This document shows positions 61,821 through 64,000 of a stretch of 64,000 bases of DNA, one piece after another (within the stretch, counting starts at the first letter, position 1; each line of letters opens with the position of its first letter). A program made the translations under genes and the position numbers. The notes beneath the pieces were generated by a model. The model was given only the letters and a program-made list of their open reading frames with translations. It ran no database searches and was not told the origin of the DNA. Source of the DNA: Lama glama (taxonomy: Eukaryota); assembly GCA_028534125.1 (NCBI GenBank), contig CM052817.1, forward strand, positions 102,178,001 to 102,242,000. Reading direction: 5' to 3'.

Positions 61821-63478
61821 CAGTGCAGTGATTCAGTACTTGTGACATGCATAGCACGAACACAAAATCGACCACGCCAACTGTCATCATGGCTTTTGTG
61901 CTCATGTTAATACATATCCCTTACTATATAGCTGGACACTATGGTTTAGCGCAATCGCTACCAGGAAGAGAAATAATACAGACATCTTTTGTTTACATAT
62001 TTAATAGAAAGCAGAACCCAATTTATATTTCATTAACCCATAGAAAAGTAACATTTATTTAATTACCTTTATCCATAGATACAACATCAAAATAGTGCTA
62101 TATACTTTAATAAAATTATCTTAGATATATATCTTATTTTTTTTAACACCAGAACCCAATTTCTAACAAATATTAACTTGGCAAGAAACGAAACGAGCTC
62201 TACAAAAGCTGAAAGAATCAGAAGTTGGGTTTCATTTCACACATCTCAGAAGGGAAAAATCTAAGTGCATCCAAATAACCCTGAATCGATTCTGAAACGA
62301 AACAGGATCGACACACGCGTGCCAGGAAAAACTGTTACAAGAAAAAGAAACAGTATTTGTTACTTATTACAAATATGAGTATGATGGATCCAGGCAGCTG
62401 GAGGTCCTTTTATTTGCTGATCATAAAAGCATCATCCCCAGGATAGCAGTTTTAAAATCATCTGAAAGGACATGGGGAAGCACTCCCACTTCAAGTAGTA
62501 TGGAAGACTCAGGATTCTGAAAGTCCCTTAGGCAACAGTTCAAACAGAAAGGGTGTGGGGGGCGGGGAGGGGGGAGCTGACCACAACAAGCATAATGATT
62601 GCTTATGTCACAGTGAGCTCTGAGCTGAAGCCCAGGGCAATGAAAGCAAAGAGACAGGAGCCGGCTCCTCAGATGCAGCCAGACCTGCAGCCCTTGCACA
62701 CAAAAACGGGGGGAGGGGCAAATCTGAGAAGTCTGCATCAAGCCAGAACCCCTGAAGGAACTGCCTTTTGTATTTAATAGGGCCTCCCAGGACTGAGGCT
62801 TTGGGGCACTGCCTGGTAATGCAACACGCACGGGGCCACAGGGCATCCTACATGAGGAAAGGTGGGGGTTGTGGAATAAAAAATGACCCCGAGAGGGTTA
62901 TATTTTGGAAATCACAAAGACCTTTTGTCCACCTTTTCTAGCAAAAGAAGGGTTAGAGGCTGCTTCAAAGTTTTCAGAAACAATTTCCTGCAGCACTAAC
63001 TCAGGATCCTGCGACGGGAGCTGGAGACACCCCTCTGGCCAGCAGACCCCTCGGGTCAGGCATTCAACCCCAGTCAAAGACAGACCTGCACACTTCAAAC
63101 CACCCTCCCACTGTGAGCTGTCAGGATTACCTTAAACAGCAACAAACCAGACCAGGATGGGGACCAACAAATCCTTGTTTACAACAAACAGAATTGTATG
63201 GCTCTTTTCATATTTAATTCCTTATTCCAGCTGGAACTGATTTCAGCATGTGGTTTAATTTGAGACTCCAACTTGATTTTATTCCAAGTACTTTAAACCA
63301 TCTATTTTTCATCCAGGGATGGCAGATCCAAGTCTCGAAGGAAAAGAGAGAAAGATCTGACCACATACACAAAAAAAAAAGAAAAGAAAAGAAAGAAACT
63401 TTAAACTTCTATATATTAAATGAGTATTGCAAATAAAATGAAAAGGCAAAGGATATACCGAAAAGAAAAAAAAGAACA

Positions 63479-63634
63479 GGAGGAGGGTATAGCTCAGTGG
63501 TAGAGCTAGTGCTTAGCACACACAAGGTCCTGGGTTCAATCCCTACTATCTCCATTAAAAGAGTAAATAAATAAACCTAATTACCCTCTCCCTCAAAAAA
63601 TAGTAACAATTTTTTTAAATTAAAAAAATTAAAA
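63479..63634 (+). mobile_element. Camelid tRNA-derived SINE, long form
   Basis: ggagggtatagctcagtggtagagctagtgcttagcacacacaaggtcctgggttcaatccctactatctcc, acctaattacc module and A tail. Confidence 0.92.
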
Positions 63635-64000
63635 GTAGCCCTTTATTGTTTAAAAAAGCTATAAAAATCATGTTTTCATGGAAAATTTAATGATTGGAAC
63701 ATCCATTCCCTGTAAGGTTAACTGAAAAATAGAATAAAAAATTGTGTATAATCTTCATTAACTACACAGTCAATCAATCTCCCTCCAACCCTGTGTGTTT
63801 CCAAATACTCCTGCTCCGGCTAAGCACTTTCAGTGATCCTCTGGGCACTGACTGAACACCTCCTCGGTCCACTGGGCACCCTCCAAGTACCATCGTGTCT
63901 CCGTGGGCCCTGCAACTGCTCCACCGACACTATCCTACGGTGACACAAGAGAGGTTGCCCCCGGCTGTTTAGGGACATTCGATCAGATCTCAAAGTCACA

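Larger units (their letters stand above)
4853..64000 (-). other. DCHS2: Long upstream intron of DCHS2 (probably intron 1, partial)
   Basis: No further cadherin-like exon was seen, and the region is repeat-dense. Consistent with my recollection that DCHS2 has a very long first intron (inference). Confidence 0.7.

Noticed and set aside
1..64000. Prokaryote-type systems (CRISPR arrays, operons, defence loci)
   Set aside because: The sequence is mammalian intron. I saw no regularly spaced repeat-spacer array or gene-dense region.

Overview
Mammalian genomic DNA, most likely camelid (alpaca/camel), judged from six copies of a tRNA-derived SINE with the head GGGGAGGGTATAGCTCAGTGGTAGAG and from matching young L1 3' ends. 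The only host coding sequence I can support is one 192-bp, phase-0/0 cadherin-repeat exon on the minus strand (4661-4852) that matches DCHS2 (dachsous cadherin-related 2), probably exon 2. It is absent from the ORF track because it has no start codon. The rest appears to be intron filled with L1, L2, MIR, MaLR/ERVL/ERV1 LTRs, an ERVL pol remnant, hAT and Tigger relics, a TSD-flanked PPIA processed pseudogene and two assembly gaps. I found no new protein-coding system. The most unusual structures are mobile-DNA products: (1) a 217-bp palindromic element made of two inverted LTR 5' ends with TG..CA termini and a 4-bp TSD, nested inside a second ~70-bp inverted duplication; (2) an L1-retrotransposed, LTR-polyadenylated transcript (U3-R-polyA, 13-bp TSD); (3) a chimeric young/old L1 insertion with a perfect 15-bp TSD; (4) a twin-primed inverted L1 with an apparent 3' transduction; (5) short locally templated duplications. 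Repeat family names come from recalled consensus resemblance, not database searches, and boundaries of old repeats are approximate.
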